A stretch of DNA of 64,000 nt from Candidatus Eutrophovita brisbanensis (GCA_038147395.1 JAYQTM010000001.1:321437-385436), one strand, 5' to 3'; positions 1-10,910 are shown, counted from the stretch's first letter. Numbers and translations are program-made. The notes: generated from the letters alone by a model not told the origin.

Positions 1-81
1 TGAGTTAAGCCTAATATTCTAACCGTCTGAGACGAGTCGTTCTGACAAGTTCCTCGATCAAGATGGTTGAGAGACTCGTAT

Positions 82-924
82 TTAGGACTGTTCTAATTGT
101 TTGAGTGTGGCGTTAATGAGTTTACGAGAGATACTGATTTCACTGGGTAAACGTTCGGGGAGTTTATTGACGTGAAACCATTGAGCATCCTCGATTTCAT
201 TGGGGTCAATGGTGATTTCTCCGGATTCGTAATCTGCGTGAAATGCGATCATTAAGGAGTGTGGAAACGGCCACGGCTGACTCGCGAAGTACCTGATGTT
301 TTTGACTTTGATGCCGACCTCTTCGTACACCTCTCGGTGAAGTGTTTCTTCTAATGTTTCACCGGGCTCTGAAAACCCTGCGAGGGCGGAGTACATGCCG
401 GGAATAAAGTGTGGCGATCGAGCCAACAAAAATTCTTCTCCCCGTTGAATCATGACCATGATCGCGGGAGCAACTCGAGGGTAATGTAATTGCCCGCAAT
501 TTGTACACTCGAGACAGCGCTCACTTTCCTTTAGTTCTGTTTTCGAGCCGCATCGCCCGCAAAATTGATGCGAGCGATACCAATCAATAATTTGTAACGC
601 GCGCCCTGCGATGGACAATATGGCTTCATCGAGTTTTCCGAAAAGCGCACGCAGCCCAATGAAAGTAAGAGGCGCTACGTTCTGATTTTCGGGAACGACT
701 GCGGCAAAACAGGGGATGCCATCAAAGGAGCCGATCGGTTGCTTGTCTTCGATTGTGATTCCAATCTCTTGAGGATCAGCGATCTTAAGTACTTCGACTC
801 TGTCGTTATCCTGAGGGTGAACGAGTAGTTCGTTTCCTTGAAACAAGAACCAGTAGCTAAGACTTGATTCAGCGTTTGGGTTAATCGGTTCACCAGTGAA
901 GCGCGATGGGGTCGTGAAGATCAT
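82..924 (-). CDS. nudC: NADH pyrophosphatase / Nudix hydrolase with zinc ribbon
   Basis: 280 aa ORF. C4 zinc ribbon CGRCG..CTNCG is followed by Nudix box GFSEPGETLEETLHREVYEEVGI. Confidence 0.85.
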   Translation of the reverse strand: MIFTTPSRFTGEPINPNAESSLSYWFLFQGNELLVHPQDNDRVEVLKIADPQEIGITIEDKQPIGSFDGIPCFAAVVPENQNVAPLTFIGLRALFGKLDEAILSIAGRALQIIDWYRSHQFCGRCGSKTELKESERCLECTNCGQLHYPRVAPAIMVMIQRGEEFLLARSPHFIPGMYSALAGFSEPGETLEETLHREVYEEVGIKVKNIRYFASQPWPFPHSLMIAFHADYESGEITIDPNEIEDAQWFHVNKLPERLPSEISISRKLINATLKQLEQS

Positions 925-956
925 GTTCCGCAGACTTTGGTAACGGCCCGAGTGAC

Positions 957-2747
957 TTACTTCTTTTTTGGCAGATACAAATCGGTGATTGAACCCTCAG
1001 CGATTTCTGCAGCAAAGAACACACTCTCCGATAAGGTCGGATGGGGGTGAATCGTGAGGCCAATGTCCTCCGCGTCCGCTCCCATCTCCAGCGCGAGTAC
1101 TGTTTCTGCGATCAATTCACCCGCGTTCGTACCCACCATTCCCGCACCGATAAGCCGCTTCGTGTTTTTATCAAAGAGCAATTTAGTCATGCCCTCATCA
1201 CGTCCCATGGCAAGCGATCGGCCACTCGCAGCCCATGGGAAAACGGCTTTCTCGATATCGATGCCATCTTGTTTTGCTTGTGTTTCTGTGACCCCCATCC
1301 AAGCGAGTTCCGGGTCGGTATAGGCCACAGACGGAATCGTCTTTGCATCAAAAGCAACTTTATGACCCGCAATCACCTCGGCTGCGAGTTTCCCCTCATG
1401 TGTGGCTTTGTGTGCGAGCATCGGGTTACCCACGATGTCTCCAATCGCAAAAATATTTGGGATATTCGTTCTCATCTGTTTGTCTACAGAGATAAAACCT
1501 GCTTGATCAACCTGAAGACCAATTGCGTCTGCACCGATGAGATGGCCATTGGGCTTTCGACCCACGGCGACGAGTACTTTTTCAAATAAGTTGGTGCTTG
1601 GCGGACTATCCCCATCAAACTGTGCCTTAAGTCCGTTTTTCTCTGCCGTGAGCGATACCACTTTTGTGTTGAGGTGGATGCCTTCATATTGCTTTTGAAG
1701 ACGTTTGTGTAGCGGTCGAACAATATCTTTATCTGCGCCTGGAATGAGACTGTCTGCGAGTTCCACGACGGTGATTTTTGAGCCAAGTGCCTGATACACC
1801 GTCGCCATCTCAAGTCCGATGATCCCACCGCCAATCACAAGCATGGTCTTCGGCACACTGTGTAGTTGAAGTGCGCTCGTTGAATCCATGACACGAGGGT
1901 CGTCGTAAGGTATCCCCGGTATTTTGGTGACTTGAGAGCCAGCCGCGATGATCGCATGATCAAACGAGACAGTTTTGGTGCCCTCCGCGGTGTCGACTTC
2001 CAACATGTTCGTGCTTGTAAAACGTCCCGTCCCTTCAAGTGTCTGGACTTTACGTTGCTTGGATAGTCCAGAGAGCCCTTTGGTTAGTTTCCCGATGATC
2101 CCGTCTTTCCAGTGACGTAATTTATCGAGATCGACTTTTGGTTTACCAAAGCTGACCCCGAATTCTCCCATCTCTTGTGCTTCAGTCATTACTTTGGCAG
2201 CGTGAAGCAAGGCCTTTGATGGAATGCAACCCACATTCAGGCACACCCCACCCAATGTCTTGTGTTTTTCGATGAGCACCACACTTTTGCCTAAGTCCGC
2301 TGCCCTGAATGCCGCGGTGTAACCACCAGGTCCTGAGCCCAGTACGACGACATCCGCGTGCAGATCACCTTTGACTGATGCGGTTGTTGCAGCGGTTGCG
2401 ACAGGCGCTGATGGTGATGGCTTCGTCGCTTCAGTCACGGGACTATTCGTGTCACTAGCAGTGTTGGTCTCTTGATTGGGTTGATCACTGGTTGTTGCGG
2501 TCGCACTCTCTTCAGCTTCGACGCTCACGATGAGTGTGCCCTCTGACACCGTGTCATTTAATTTGACGTGTATCTCTTTGACTGAGCCTGAGACCGGGGA
2601 GGGGACATCCATGGTGGCCTTGTCAGATTCAAGCGTGATGAGTGAATCCTCTTGAGCGACGGTATCTCCGGGTTTCACGAGTATTTCGATGACTGGAATT
2701 TCTGTGAAATCCCCAATGTCCGGAACGTTTACTTTGATCACTGCCAT
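957..2747 (-). CDS. lpdA: Dihydrolipoyl dehydrogenase (E3) with fused N-terminal lipoyl domain
   Basis: 596 aa. Lipoyl-attachment motif LESDKATMDVPS, then an Ala/Thr/Ser/Pro linker, FAD GxGxxG (VVLGSGPGGY) and redox disulfide GGVCLNVGCIPSK. Confidence 0.9.
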   Translation of the reverse strand: MAVIKVNVPDIGDFTEIPVIEILVKPGDTVAQEDSLITLESDKATMDVPSPVSGSVKEIHVKLNDTVSEGTLIVSVEAEESATATTSDQPNQETNTASDTNSPVTEATKPSPSAPVATAATTASVKGDLHADVVVLGSGPGGYTAAFRAADLGKSVVLIEKHKTLGGVCLNVGCIPSKALLHAAKVMTEAQEMGEFGVSFGKPKVDLDKLRHWKDGIIGKLTKGLSGLSKQRKVQTLEGTGRFTSTNMLEVDTAEGTKTVSFDHAIIAAGSQVTKIPGIPYDDPRVMDSTSALQLHSVPKTMLVIGGGIIGLEMATVYQALGSKITVVELADSLIPGADKDIVRPLHKRLQKQYEGIHLNTKVVSLTAEKNGLKAQFDGDSPPSTNLFEKVLVAVGRKPNGHLIGADAIGLQVDQAGFISVDKQMRTNIPNIFAIGDIVGNPMLAHKATHEGKLAAEVIAGHKVAFDAKTIPSVAYTDPELAWMGVTETQAKQDGIDIEKAVFPWAASGRSLAMGRDEGMTKLLFDKNTKRLIGAGMVGTNAGELIAETVLALEMGADAEDIGLTIHPHPTLSESVFFAAEIAEGSITDLYLPKKK

Positions 2748-2801
2748 AGCGTTTTTATTTTTCTTTGTGAGAATTTATCAAAGGGGTTGTTCTGATCTTG
2801 T

Positions 2802-4064
2802 TTAGATGCGCACTTCCCCACTACCTAAGACGACCCACTTGGTTGTGGTGAGTCCTTCGAGGCCCACGGGACCTCTTGCATGGAGCTTATTCGTCGAAAT
2901 GCCGATTTCTGCCCCTAATCCATATTCAAAACCATCTGCAAAACGAGTGGATGCATTCACCATGACTGAGCTTGAATCAACCTCACGCAAAAATCTCATC
3001 GCATTTGAGTGATTCTCCGTCACGATGGAGTCCGTGTGATTTGACCCATAAGTGCTGATGTGATGAATCGCCTCATCAAGATCATCGACGATCTTGATTG
3101 CCAGAATTGGACCGAGATACTCCTCACCCCAATCTGATTCCGCCGCTTGTTTTGCGTTTTTCAAAATCTTTGTGGTGGCCGCATCCCCGCGCATCTCGAC
3201 ATGTTGTTCGTCGAGTAGACGTCCAATCTCGGGTAGGACGTTGGATGCGATTGCTTCGTGAACGAGTAAGGTTTCCATCGTGTTACACGTGCCGTAGCGT
3301 TGCGTCTTTGCATTGATCGCAATCGCGATGGCTTTCTTCGTATCCGCATCACGATCAATGTACACATGACAAACACCATCAAGGTGTTTGATCACGGGGA
3401 CTCTCGCATCACGACTGATGCGTTCAATCAATCCTTTGCCACCACGAGGCACCACGACGTCGACGAATTGTTCCATCGTGATGAGTTGCCCGACTGCGTC
3501 ACGATCAGTGGTCTCGATGACTTGAACGACATTCTCTGGTAATCCGGCATTCGCTAACCCGGTGGCAACGCATGCGCCAATGATTTGATTCGAAAGAATT
3601 GCCTCAGATCCACCACGTAAGATCGCGGCGTTACCTGATTTGATACAAAGCGCTGCTGCATCGGCTGTGACATTGGGTCTCGATTCGTAAATGATGCCGA
3701 TGACTCCAATGGGCACGCGCATTTTTCCGACTTTAATACCAGAAGGTCTCGCTTTCAGACCATCGATTTCTCCCACTGGATCAGGAAGCTTGGCGACCTC
3801 TTCGAGTCCTTCAGCCATCGCATCGATGGATTTTTCGGTGAGCGCTAAGCGATCGATGAGTGCTGCTGATAATTCTTTTTGTCGTGCGTTTTCTAAATCT
3901 TTTTGATTCGCACTTAATATCTCCGAGCAACGCGCTCGTATTTCTCTCGCCATCGCGAGTAGGGCGTCATTTTTGACGCGAGTTTCGGCTGACGCAATCA
4001 CACGAGAGGCTTCGCGAGCGTTTTCCCCTACATTGGTCATGTATTCAACAGTGTTCATAGACAA
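2802..4064 (-). CDS. proA: Gamma-glutamyl phosphate reductase
   Basis: 420 aa aldehyde-dehydrogenase-type protein. ProA-like catalytic Cys context [14 protein letters not shown] and IYESRPNVT. Confidence 0.9.
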   Translation of the reverse strand: MSMNTVEYMTNVGENAREASRVIASAETRVKNDALLAMAREIRARCSEILSANQKDLENARQKELSAALIDRLALTEKSIDAMAEGLEEVAKLPDPVGEIDGLKARPSGIKVGKMRVPIGVIGIIYESRPNVTADAAALCIKSGNAAILRGGSEAILSNQIIGACVATGLANAGLPENVVQVIETTDRDAVGQLITMEQFVDVVVPRGGKGLIERISRDARVPVIKHLDGVCHVYIDRDADTKKAIAIAINAKTQRYGTCNTMETLLVHEAIASNVLPEIGRLLDEQHVEMRGDAATTKILKNAKQAAESDWGEEYLGPILAIKIVDDLDEAIHHISTYGSNHTDSIVTENHSNAMRFLREVDSSSVMVNASTRFADGFEYGLGAEIGISTNKLHARGPVGLEGLTTTKWVVLGSGEVRI

Positions 4065-4124
4065 TCAAGCGCTTCTGGATATACGCAATATTTTACAGGC
4101 AAAAACCCTATTTCACGATGCGAT

Positions 4125-5126
4125 TTATCCGATCAATGAAAGACCAACGATTAAGAGTTGCTCCCACGGATTCCCGGGTAAGAGCCCTTTGATCTGCTTA
4201 TCAACATTTGCAGCTTGGATGATTGCCTCTTGCAGTGTGTCAACAGAGATTTGATTGACTCGGCCTGGCAGTAGTTTTTGTCGTAGGCCCCACGCCCCAG
4301 CTTCACTCAGTGCTGACCGCATGTCCATGCCGGAGTCCAAAGCGTACTTCACTCGCAGCATGACCCGTGCTTCCTCGGTGATCACCCACAAGACGAGTGG
4401 CGGTGCAACCCCTTCTCGCTCGAGACCTTTCAGCGTTCGGGCGAATACGGCTTTGTCACCTTTGAGGATCGCAGCACCCAGATCAAACGCTTCAAACCGC
4501 GCAATATCGACAACTGCATCACGCACATCATCCAGCGTGAGATGCCCTTGCGGCAATAAAAGCCCTAATTTGAGAATCTCTTGTTTGGCGGAGACAAGGT
4601 TACCTTCGACTCGATCGGCGAGTAATTGAACTGCATCACGATCCGCTGTTTGATTTTGTAACTTTAAGCGTTGATTGATCCAGCTTGGGAGCTGTTCTTT
4701 GTAGACTTTTTTTACTTCAATCGAAGCCCCGGCCTTTTCAAGAGCGGAAAACCATTTGGCGTTTTTGGTGTTGCGATCTAAGCCTGGAAGCGTGATGAGT
4801 GTGACAACATCCTCAGGTAGATTTTGGACGTAATTTTGTAAGGCGTCGCTACCCGCTTTCCCCGGCTTTCCTCCCGGGATTCGCAAGTCGACTAATTTTT
4901 TCGATGAAAACAAAGAAATCGCAAGTGCTTGATCTTTTAATTGGGTCCAATCAAATCGTGACTCCGCAACCAAGACGGTGCGCTCTTCAAATTCATTGGC
5001 ACGACACGCTCGGCGAATAAGATCACTCGCTTCAAGTGTTAATAACAGTTCATCGCCATGCACGACGTAGAGTTTTTCTAGACCGCGTTTGAGGTGCGCG
5101 CGTAATTCTGAGAGATCCAACCGCAT
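4125..5126 (-). CDS. holA: DNA polymerase III subunit delta
   Basis: 333 aa. N-terminal LYVVHGDELLL-type delta signature, with typical length and helical C-terminal domain. Called by overall resemblance only. Confidence 0.7.
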   Translation of the reverse strand: MRLDLSELRAHLKRGLEKLYVVHGDELLLTLEASDLIRRACRANEFEERTVLVAESRFDWTQLKDQALAISLFSSKKLVDLRIPGGKPGKAGSDALQNYVQNLPEDVVTLITLPGLDRNTKNAKWFSALEKAGASIEVKKVYKEQLPSWINQRLKLQNQTADRDAVQLLADRVEGNLVSAKQEILKLGLLLPQGHLTLDDVRDAVVDIARFEAFDLGAAILKGDKAVFARTLKGLEREGVAPPLVLWVITEEARVMLRVKYALDSGMDMRSALSEAGAWGLRQKLLPGRVNQISVDTLQEAIIQAANVDKQIKGLLPGNPWEQLLIVGLSLIG

Positions 5127-5135
5127 TGCGTTAGC

Positions 5136-6867
5136 TTATGCAGCTTCGTTTAACGCATCAATGAGCGTTTCAATCCGATCTGGAACTTGTGTACGAAGAA
5201 TCTTTTTTGCTTTATTCGATAATTCGCTTAAGTTCGAGGTCAATACTTTTTGTTTGACGCTCAGAAGATGTGCGGGGTGCATCGAGAATGTGCGTAATCC
5301 CATTCCTAACAATAAGCGAGTGAGGTTTGGGTCTCCGGCAATCTCTCCACACACAGCGACTGACTTCCCTGCTTTATTTGCCGCTTTAATGATGGTCGAG
5401 AGTAACGAGATGACCGCCGGGTGCATGGGATCGTATAGATGTGCCACCGCATCGTCCGTGCGATCGATTGCCAGTGTGTATTGGATCAAATCGTTCGTGC
5501 CGATGGAAATAAAGTCTAATTTTTGTAGAAAGCTATTGATGGATAACGCTGCGGCTGGCACCTCAATCATGCCTCCGATCTGAATCTCACGGTCGTACTT
5601 CAGTTTGTCGTTATCTAACGATTCTTTGGCTTCCTCGATGAGGTGTAGCGCCTGGTCTACTTCGTGGATGTTCGAGAGCATCGGGATCAAAATCCGAATA
5701 TCTCCATGAGCAGAGGCACGAAGGATGGCGCGCAATTGATGATGAAATAATCGAGGTTCGGCAAGACACAGACGTATCGCGCGCTGACCTAGCGCGGGAT
5801 TCGGGGTCACGCGCGTGTAGCCTTCGGCTTGTTTGTCCGCCCCGAGGTCAAACGTTCTGATTGTGATCGGGGAACCCTTTCATGTCTTTGACAACTTTTC
5901 GGTATGCCTCGTACTGCTCGTCCTCTGGTGGTAGGTCGCCTCGATTTAAAAAGAGAAATTCGGTTCGAAATAGCCCAACTCCCGACGCTCCATTCTCTTT
6001 GGCTGCTTTGACATCATCAGGCAGCTCGATGTTGGCGAATAAATCGATGTCGGTGCCATCGAGTGTTGCTGTTCGATTTTTTCGAATGCGTTTGAGTTTT
6101 TGTTGCTCTAAAAGCCACTGCTCTCGCTTGACTTCATACTCACTCAATACGATTTCATCTGGGTCGACAATCACAACACCCGCTGTCCCATCGACGATAA
6201 TCAGCTCGTCCTCTTGAATGAGTGTGCGCGCTTGATGCAGGGCAACCACTGAGGGGATATTCAAACTTCTTGCAACAATCGCCGTGTGGGATGTCGCGCC
6301 ACCGAGATCTGTGATGAAACTCGCAAATTTGTGTTGCTTGAATAAAACAACGTCGGTTGGTGACAAATCGTGAGCGACGATGATTGTGTTTTCCTCGGGT
6401 TGTGCTACGGGTGCTTGACCGGGTCGACCGAGCAACGCCTTTAGCACACGCTCCGCGACTTGTCTCACATCGGTTCTTCGTTCCCTCAAGTAGTTATCTT
6501 CAATTTTTGAAAATTGGTCCAGTAGATTGTCCAACTGAAGTTTTAACGCCCATTCAGCGTTACACATCATTGATTCGATAAGCTCTTTGGGTGCTTCAGA
6601 TAACGTCGAATCCTCGAGAATCATGCGATGTAGGTTCAAGAAGGCATCAAATTCAGCCTCAGGCATATCTTGTGGCGCATGCTTTTTGAGTTGATTCAGC
6701 TCTTTCGCGACGGCTTTGATCGCTTTATCGTAACGAGACTTTTCTCCTCGAATTTTATTCTTGGCAATGGTGTAGTGCGTGACTTCGAGTAGTTCGTGGG
6801 AGGCAAGCTGCGCGCGACCAATCGCGATCCCACCGGATATGCCAGCACCATGTATCGTGAAGGTCAC
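5136..6867 (-). pseudogene. ptsI: Phosphoenolpyruvate-protein phosphotransferase (PTS Enzyme I), interrupted by a 1-nt frameshift
   Basis: ORFs 5848..6867 (N-terminal and phospho-His domains, GGATSHTAIVARSLNIPSV) and 5136..5810 (PEP-utilising TIM barrel, NDLIQYTLAIDR) are the two halves of one EI. Frames join at GGGG 5869-5872. Confidence 0.85.
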
Positions 6868-6926
6868 TGGGGATGACTCCCAAGCGTTAGGTTTTGTGCC
6901 GATTGGTTTGAGGGGATGCTCAACGC

Positions 6927-7196
6927 TTATTCTCCCTCACCAAATTTATCTGCGACCAACGCTTTGATGGCATTCATGGCATCAGACTCATCCGAGCCAC
7001 TGACTTCGAGTTCCAGTACGGTACCTTTAGAGGCCGCAAGCATCATGACACCCATGATGCTTTTCGCGTTCACACGTTTTTGATCTCGCGTGAGCCAGAC
7101 TTCGGATTCGAATTGGCTGGCAAGTTGCGTGAGTTTTGCAGATGCTCTTGCATGAAGTCCCAACACATTCACGATTTCAACGTTCTCGGTCAACAT
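6927..7196 (-). CDS. ptsH: Phosphocarrier protein HPr
   Basis: 89 aa. Phospho-His motif GLHARASA near the N-terminus. Lies between EIIA and EI. Confidence 0.85.
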   Translation of the reverse strand: MLTENVEIVNVLGLHARASAKLTQLASQFESEVWLTRDQKRVNAKSIMGVMMLAASKGTVLELEVSGSDESDAMNAIKALVADKFGEGE

Positions 7197-7597
7197 ACGC
7201 GCGTCTCCTGAGATTCCTCTAATTTAAGTACGCCTTCGCCGCCACCGGAGAGGGCTTTTTTAACGACGGTTTCTAAATTCTCATGACGGTAGGTAATGGC
7301 GCGCACCAGCATCGGTAAATTGACTCCTGACACGCCTTGAACATCATTGTGCTGCACGAGTGCTTGGGTGATGTTACTGGGACTTCCACCAAACATATCC
7401 GTGAGGATTAAGACGCCAGATCCATTATTGAGCTCCTGTGTTTTCTGGTTCGCGATGTCAATCAGGTCTTCAATGGTTGAGCATGCGTCAATGCCCATTG
7501 CTGCGAGTCTTTCTGGATTGTTCCCGAGTACGTGTCTTGCACAATCGATGAGGCTGGTGCCAAGGGAGCCGTGAGTGATTAATAAAATGCCTACCAT
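7190..7597 (-). CDS. PTS EIIA component, mannose/fructose family
   Basis: 135 aa. N-terminal MVGILLITHGSLG with the active-site His typical of EIIA-Man. Overlaps the ptsH start. Confidence 0.8.
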   Translation of the reverse strand: MVGILLITHGSLGTSLIDCARHVLGNNPERLAAMGIDACSTIEDLIDIANQKTQELNNGSGVLILTDMFGGSPSNITQALVQHNDVQGVSGVNLPMLVRAITYRHENLETVVKKALSGGGEGVLKLEESQETRVC

Positions 7598-7612
7598 GAT
7601 TTTTTTAATCTC

Positions 7613-8572
7613 TTAATGGTACGTGGGGCGGTTGCCAGAATTTCGCTCAATCGCGTCGATGAACATCCCAGGCACATCAAAACCAGTTTGATCTTGTATC
7701 TCTCGCATGCATGTGGGGCTGGTGACATTAATTTCCGTGAGGTAACCGCCAATAATATCGAGACCGACTAACAGGAGGCCTCGATGGGCAAGCTCTGGTC
7801 CTAGGGATTGAGCGATCTCAGCTTCGCGTTCAGTTAACGGCATCGCAACGCCTCGTCCGCCAGCGGCCAGATTTCCTCTGTGGTCTGTACCTTGAGGAAT
7901 GCGCGCGAGAGAGAAAGGAACCGGCTGTCCATCGATTAATAGCACGCGTTTATCTCCCTCTGAGATTTCCTCAATAAAGCGTTGAACCATGATGGTCCTT
8001 GTTCCGAGCTGAGTTAATGACTCGATGATGACGCCTAAATTTGGGTCGTCAGGACGCGAGCGAAAGATAGACGTGCCACCCATTCCATCGAGTGGTTTTA
8101 ATACGACCTCTTGGTGCGTTTGGACGAAGTCTTTAATTGACTGAGGGTTCGCGCTAACGAGTGTGGGCGCAATCCACTCTGAGTGTTTTGTGATCGAGAG
8201 TTTCTCGTTAAAGTCCCGAATGCTTTGCGGTCGGTTGTACACAGCGCAGCCTGCTTGTTCGGCAAGCTCAAGCATGTAGGTGCTGTACACGTACTCCATA
8301 TCAAAAGGAGGGTCTTTTCTCATCACGATGGCGTCCACATCGCTTGGTTTGAGACTTTGATTTTGTACGACCTCGAACCACTCTTTGTCGTTTTTCGTGA
8401 TGTTGATTTGTGTCGCATCGATCTTGATTTCGCCTGCAACGAGCTCTAATCCATGTTGCATCGTGACCCACACTTCATGTCCGCGCGCTTGCGCTTCACG
8501 CATCATCGCGTAAGACGTGTCTTTGTTTATCTTGAGCGTCTCGAGCGGGTCGAGAACAAAAATCAGCTTCAC
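7613..8572 (-). CDS. gshB: Glutathione synthetase (ATP-grasp)
   Basis: 319 aa. Prokaryotic GshB architecture with N-terminal MKLIFVLDPL..KDTS and a C-terminal ATP-grasp domain. Confidence 0.9.
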   Translation of the reverse strand: MKLIFVLDPLETLKINKDTSYAMMREAQARGHEVWVTMQHGLELVAGEIKIDATQINITKNDKEWFEVVQNQSLKPSDVDAIVMRKDPPFDMEYVYSTYMLELAEQAGCAVYNRPQSIRDFNEKLSITKHSEWIAPTLVSANPQSIKDFVQTHQEVVLKPLDGMGGTSIFRSRPDDPNLGVIIESLTQLGTRTIMVQRFIEEISEGDKRVLLIDGQPVPFSLARIPQGTDHRGNLAAGGRGVAMPLTEREAEIAQSLGPELAHRGLLLVGLDIIGGYLTEINVTSPTCMREIQDQTGFDVPGMFIDAIERNSGNRPTYH

Positions 8573-8651
8573 AGTTGTCTGAGGTTTCGTTTGGTGGCCA
8601 AGTCACCAGATTTTAACAGACGCCTGTGGGATGAGAGAGTCAATTGAGGTC

Positions 8652-8677
8652 AAAAAAAGGGCGCCACGAAGGCGCCC
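8652..8677 (-). terminator. Rho-independent terminator downstream of amtB
   Basis: On the minus strand: GGGCGCC-ttcgt-GGCGCCC followed by T7, 26 nt after the amtB stop. Confidence 0.7.
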
Positions 8678-8702
8678 AAGAGGGGATGGAGATGAAAGTA
8701 AT

Positions 8703-9995
8703 TTATGAGTGATAGGCTGATTCGCCGTGTTGTGTGGAATCAAGTCCCTCACGCTCTTCGTCCTCAGGAACTCGAAGTCCGATCACGCCATCGATAATCT
8801 TGAAGAGGATTAAGCTCACGACACCACTCCAGACGATGGTGATCACCACACCTTCGATCTGAACAAATAGCTGAGAGCCCATCGTGACTCCTTCGGCGAA
8901 ACCACCACCACCGAGGCCAGGTGCCGCGAAAATTCCCGCACCAATCGCACCAACGATACCGCCAACGCCGTGAACACCAAAGACGTCAAGTGAGTCGTCG
9001 TAACCAAAGGCTGACTTGATTTTGGTACACGCCCAAAAACAGAGAACACCAGCGATTAGTCCGAGGATGATCGCACCCATTGGGCCTACGAACGCGCAGG
9101 CTGGTGTGATTGCCACGAGTCCTGCGACCGCGCCTGAGGCGCCACCGAGCATCGTTGGCTTACCACGAGACATCCACTCGATGAATAACCATCCGAGTAC
9201 GGCACCTGCTGTTGCCAATTGGGTATTAATCAACACTAATCCGGCGGTGCCGTCAGCCGCGAGTTCACTACCGACGTTAAACCCGAACCAACCGACCCAA
9301 AGCAGGGCAGCACCAACCATTGTGAAGACAAGGTTGTGTGGAGGCATCGCTTCTTTGTTGAAGCCAAGTCGTTTACCCAACAAGATACATCCGACAAGAC
9401 CAGCGATCGCAGCGTTAATGTGAACCACCGTTCCGCCAGCAAAGTCCATGGCACCTTTGCCACCCAAGTAGCCGCCACCCCAGACCATGTGACAGATTGG
9501 AATGTAGCTTAAGAAGAGCCAAAGGGACGTGAACCACAGAACAGCTGAGAACTTGATTCGCTCAGCAAATGACCCAATGATGAGCGCTGGTGTGATACAC
9601 GCAAATGTGAGCTGGAAGGTCACGAAAACATACTCAGGAATCGTTCCGCTCAAAGTGTCTGCGGTGATTCCAGCGAGAAATGCCTTATCGAACCCACCAA
9701 TAATGCTATTGAAAGGTCCTTCTGTGAACGCCAGGCTGTAACCAGCGACTGCCCACAGAATCGACATCACCGCCATGATCGCGAAGACCTGCATCAAAAC
9801 AGAGAGCATGTTCTTGGCTCTCACGAGGCCGCCATAGAAAAGAGCGAGGCCAGGGATTGACATCATGATGACGAGTACGGTTGCCACTATCATCCAGCTT
9901 GTGTCTCCAGCACTCAAAGTATCTTCTGCGAACACTGGTGTCGCAGCTGCCATGAGACTCAATGGCATTAACAAATGAAGTAATTTTTTAAACAT
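8703..9995 (-). CDS. amtB: Ammonium transporter
   Basis: Amt/Mep family multi-TM protein. Likely start is the internal Met at 9995 (MFKKLLHLLMPLSLMAAATPVFA signal peptide). The longer ORF to 10097 would overlap glnK. Confidence 0.9.
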   Translation of the reverse strand: MFKKLLHLLMPLSLMAAATPVFAEDTLSAGDTSWMIVATVLVIMMSIPGLALFYGGLVRAKNMLSVLMQVFAIMAVMSILWAVAGYSLAFTEGPFNSIIGGFDKAFLAGITADTLSGTIPEYVFVTFQLTFACITPALIIGSFAERIKFSAVLWFTSLWLFLSYIPICHMVWGGGYLGGKGAMDFAGGTVVHINAAIAGLVGCILLGKRLGFNKEAMPPHNLVFTMVGAALLWVGWFGFNVGSELAADGTAGLVLINTQLATAGAVLGWLFIEWMSRGKPTMLGGASGAVAGLVAITPACAFVGPMGAIILGLIAGVLCFWACTKIKSAFGYDDSLDVFGVHGVGGIVGAIGAGIFAAPGLGGGGFAEGVTMGSQLFVQIEGVVITIVWSGVVSLILFKIIDGVIGLRVPEDEEREGLDSTQHGESAYHS

Positions 9996-10014
9996 GTCGC
10001 GTTTCCTTTCTGGC

Positions 10015-10371
<357 letters not shown>

Positions 10372-10445
10372 TTAAAAGTATTTGTGTCACATCCCTCTGA
10401 TGTCCGTGATGCAAGCTGCTTGGAGATCAGTTATATCCAGTAATA

Positions 10446-10462
10446 AGCATTTTTCGTGCCAA
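10446..10462 (-). promoter_or_regulatory. Sigma54 (-24/-12) promoter for glnK-amtB
   Basis: Minus strand reads TTGGCACGAAAAATGCT, against consensus TGGCACG-N4-TTGCW. GG and GC are correctly spaced, about 90 nt upstream of the glnK ATG. Confidence 0.6.
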
Positions 10463-10533
10463 TAAATTAACCCATTGATTTAAATGAATTAATATTTATT
10501 GGAAAAGAGAGTAATTGAGACTTTTGGTGGGTT

Positions 10534-10550
10534 TGCACCATATCGGTGCG
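10534..10550 (-). promoter_or_regulatory. NtrC-type enhancer site
   Basis: TGCACC-ATATC-GGTGCG matches TGCACC-N5-GGTGCA at 16 of 17 positions counting the spacer length. Lies about 75-90 nt upstream of the -24 element. Confidence 0.55.
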
Positions 10551-10667
10551 TTAGGTCAGACTCATTTCATCACGCGCACACTTGATGGGCGGTGCGGCGG
10601 TTTGGGTAGTTCTCGAGGGTCGCGATAAAATGGCGGAACAGCGTGATTAACGACGCCGCATGAGCTG

Positions 10668-10910
10668 ATGGAGCAAATGATGATTGACAAAAAAGTGATT
10701 GAAGAGCTTAGCCAAAAGATTAGCGAGCTCATTAAAAATAGTCCCGTGCAAGATGTCCAGAAAAATCTTCGGGCGATGATATCGAGCTGGTTTGCCAGCC
10801 ACGACCTGGTGACTCGTGAGGAGTTTGATGCACAGGTTCAGGTGTTGCGCCGAACCCAAGACAAACTAAAAGATCTGGAAAAACAAGTTGCTGATCTACG
10901 CCGTGACTAG
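10668..10910 (+). CDS. ubiK: Ubiquinone biosynthesis accessory factor UbiK (YqiC/BMFP family)
   Basis: 80 aa coiled-coil protein with the family segment HDLVTREEFDAQVQVLRRTQDKLKDLEKQV. Confidence 0.7.
   Translation: MEQMMIDKKVIEELSQKISELIKNSPVQDVQKNLRAMISSWFASHDLVTREEFDAQVQVLRRTQDKLKDLEKQVADLRRD

Noticed and set aside
1041-1589. 182-aa plus-strand ORF, with neighbouring shorter ones, antisense to lpdA
   Set aside because: It lies entirely inside a strongly supported gene on the other strand. Its composition is Arg/Ser/Cys/His-rich with no motif. It is a typical shadow ORF.
10468-10480. IHF-like site AATCAAtgggTTA between the NtrC site and the sigma54 promoter
   Set aside because: It matches the loose WATCAANNNNTTR consensus, but it lies in AT-rich DNA and is centred unusually close (about -38) to the promoter. 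It is mentioned only as context and not called as a feature.
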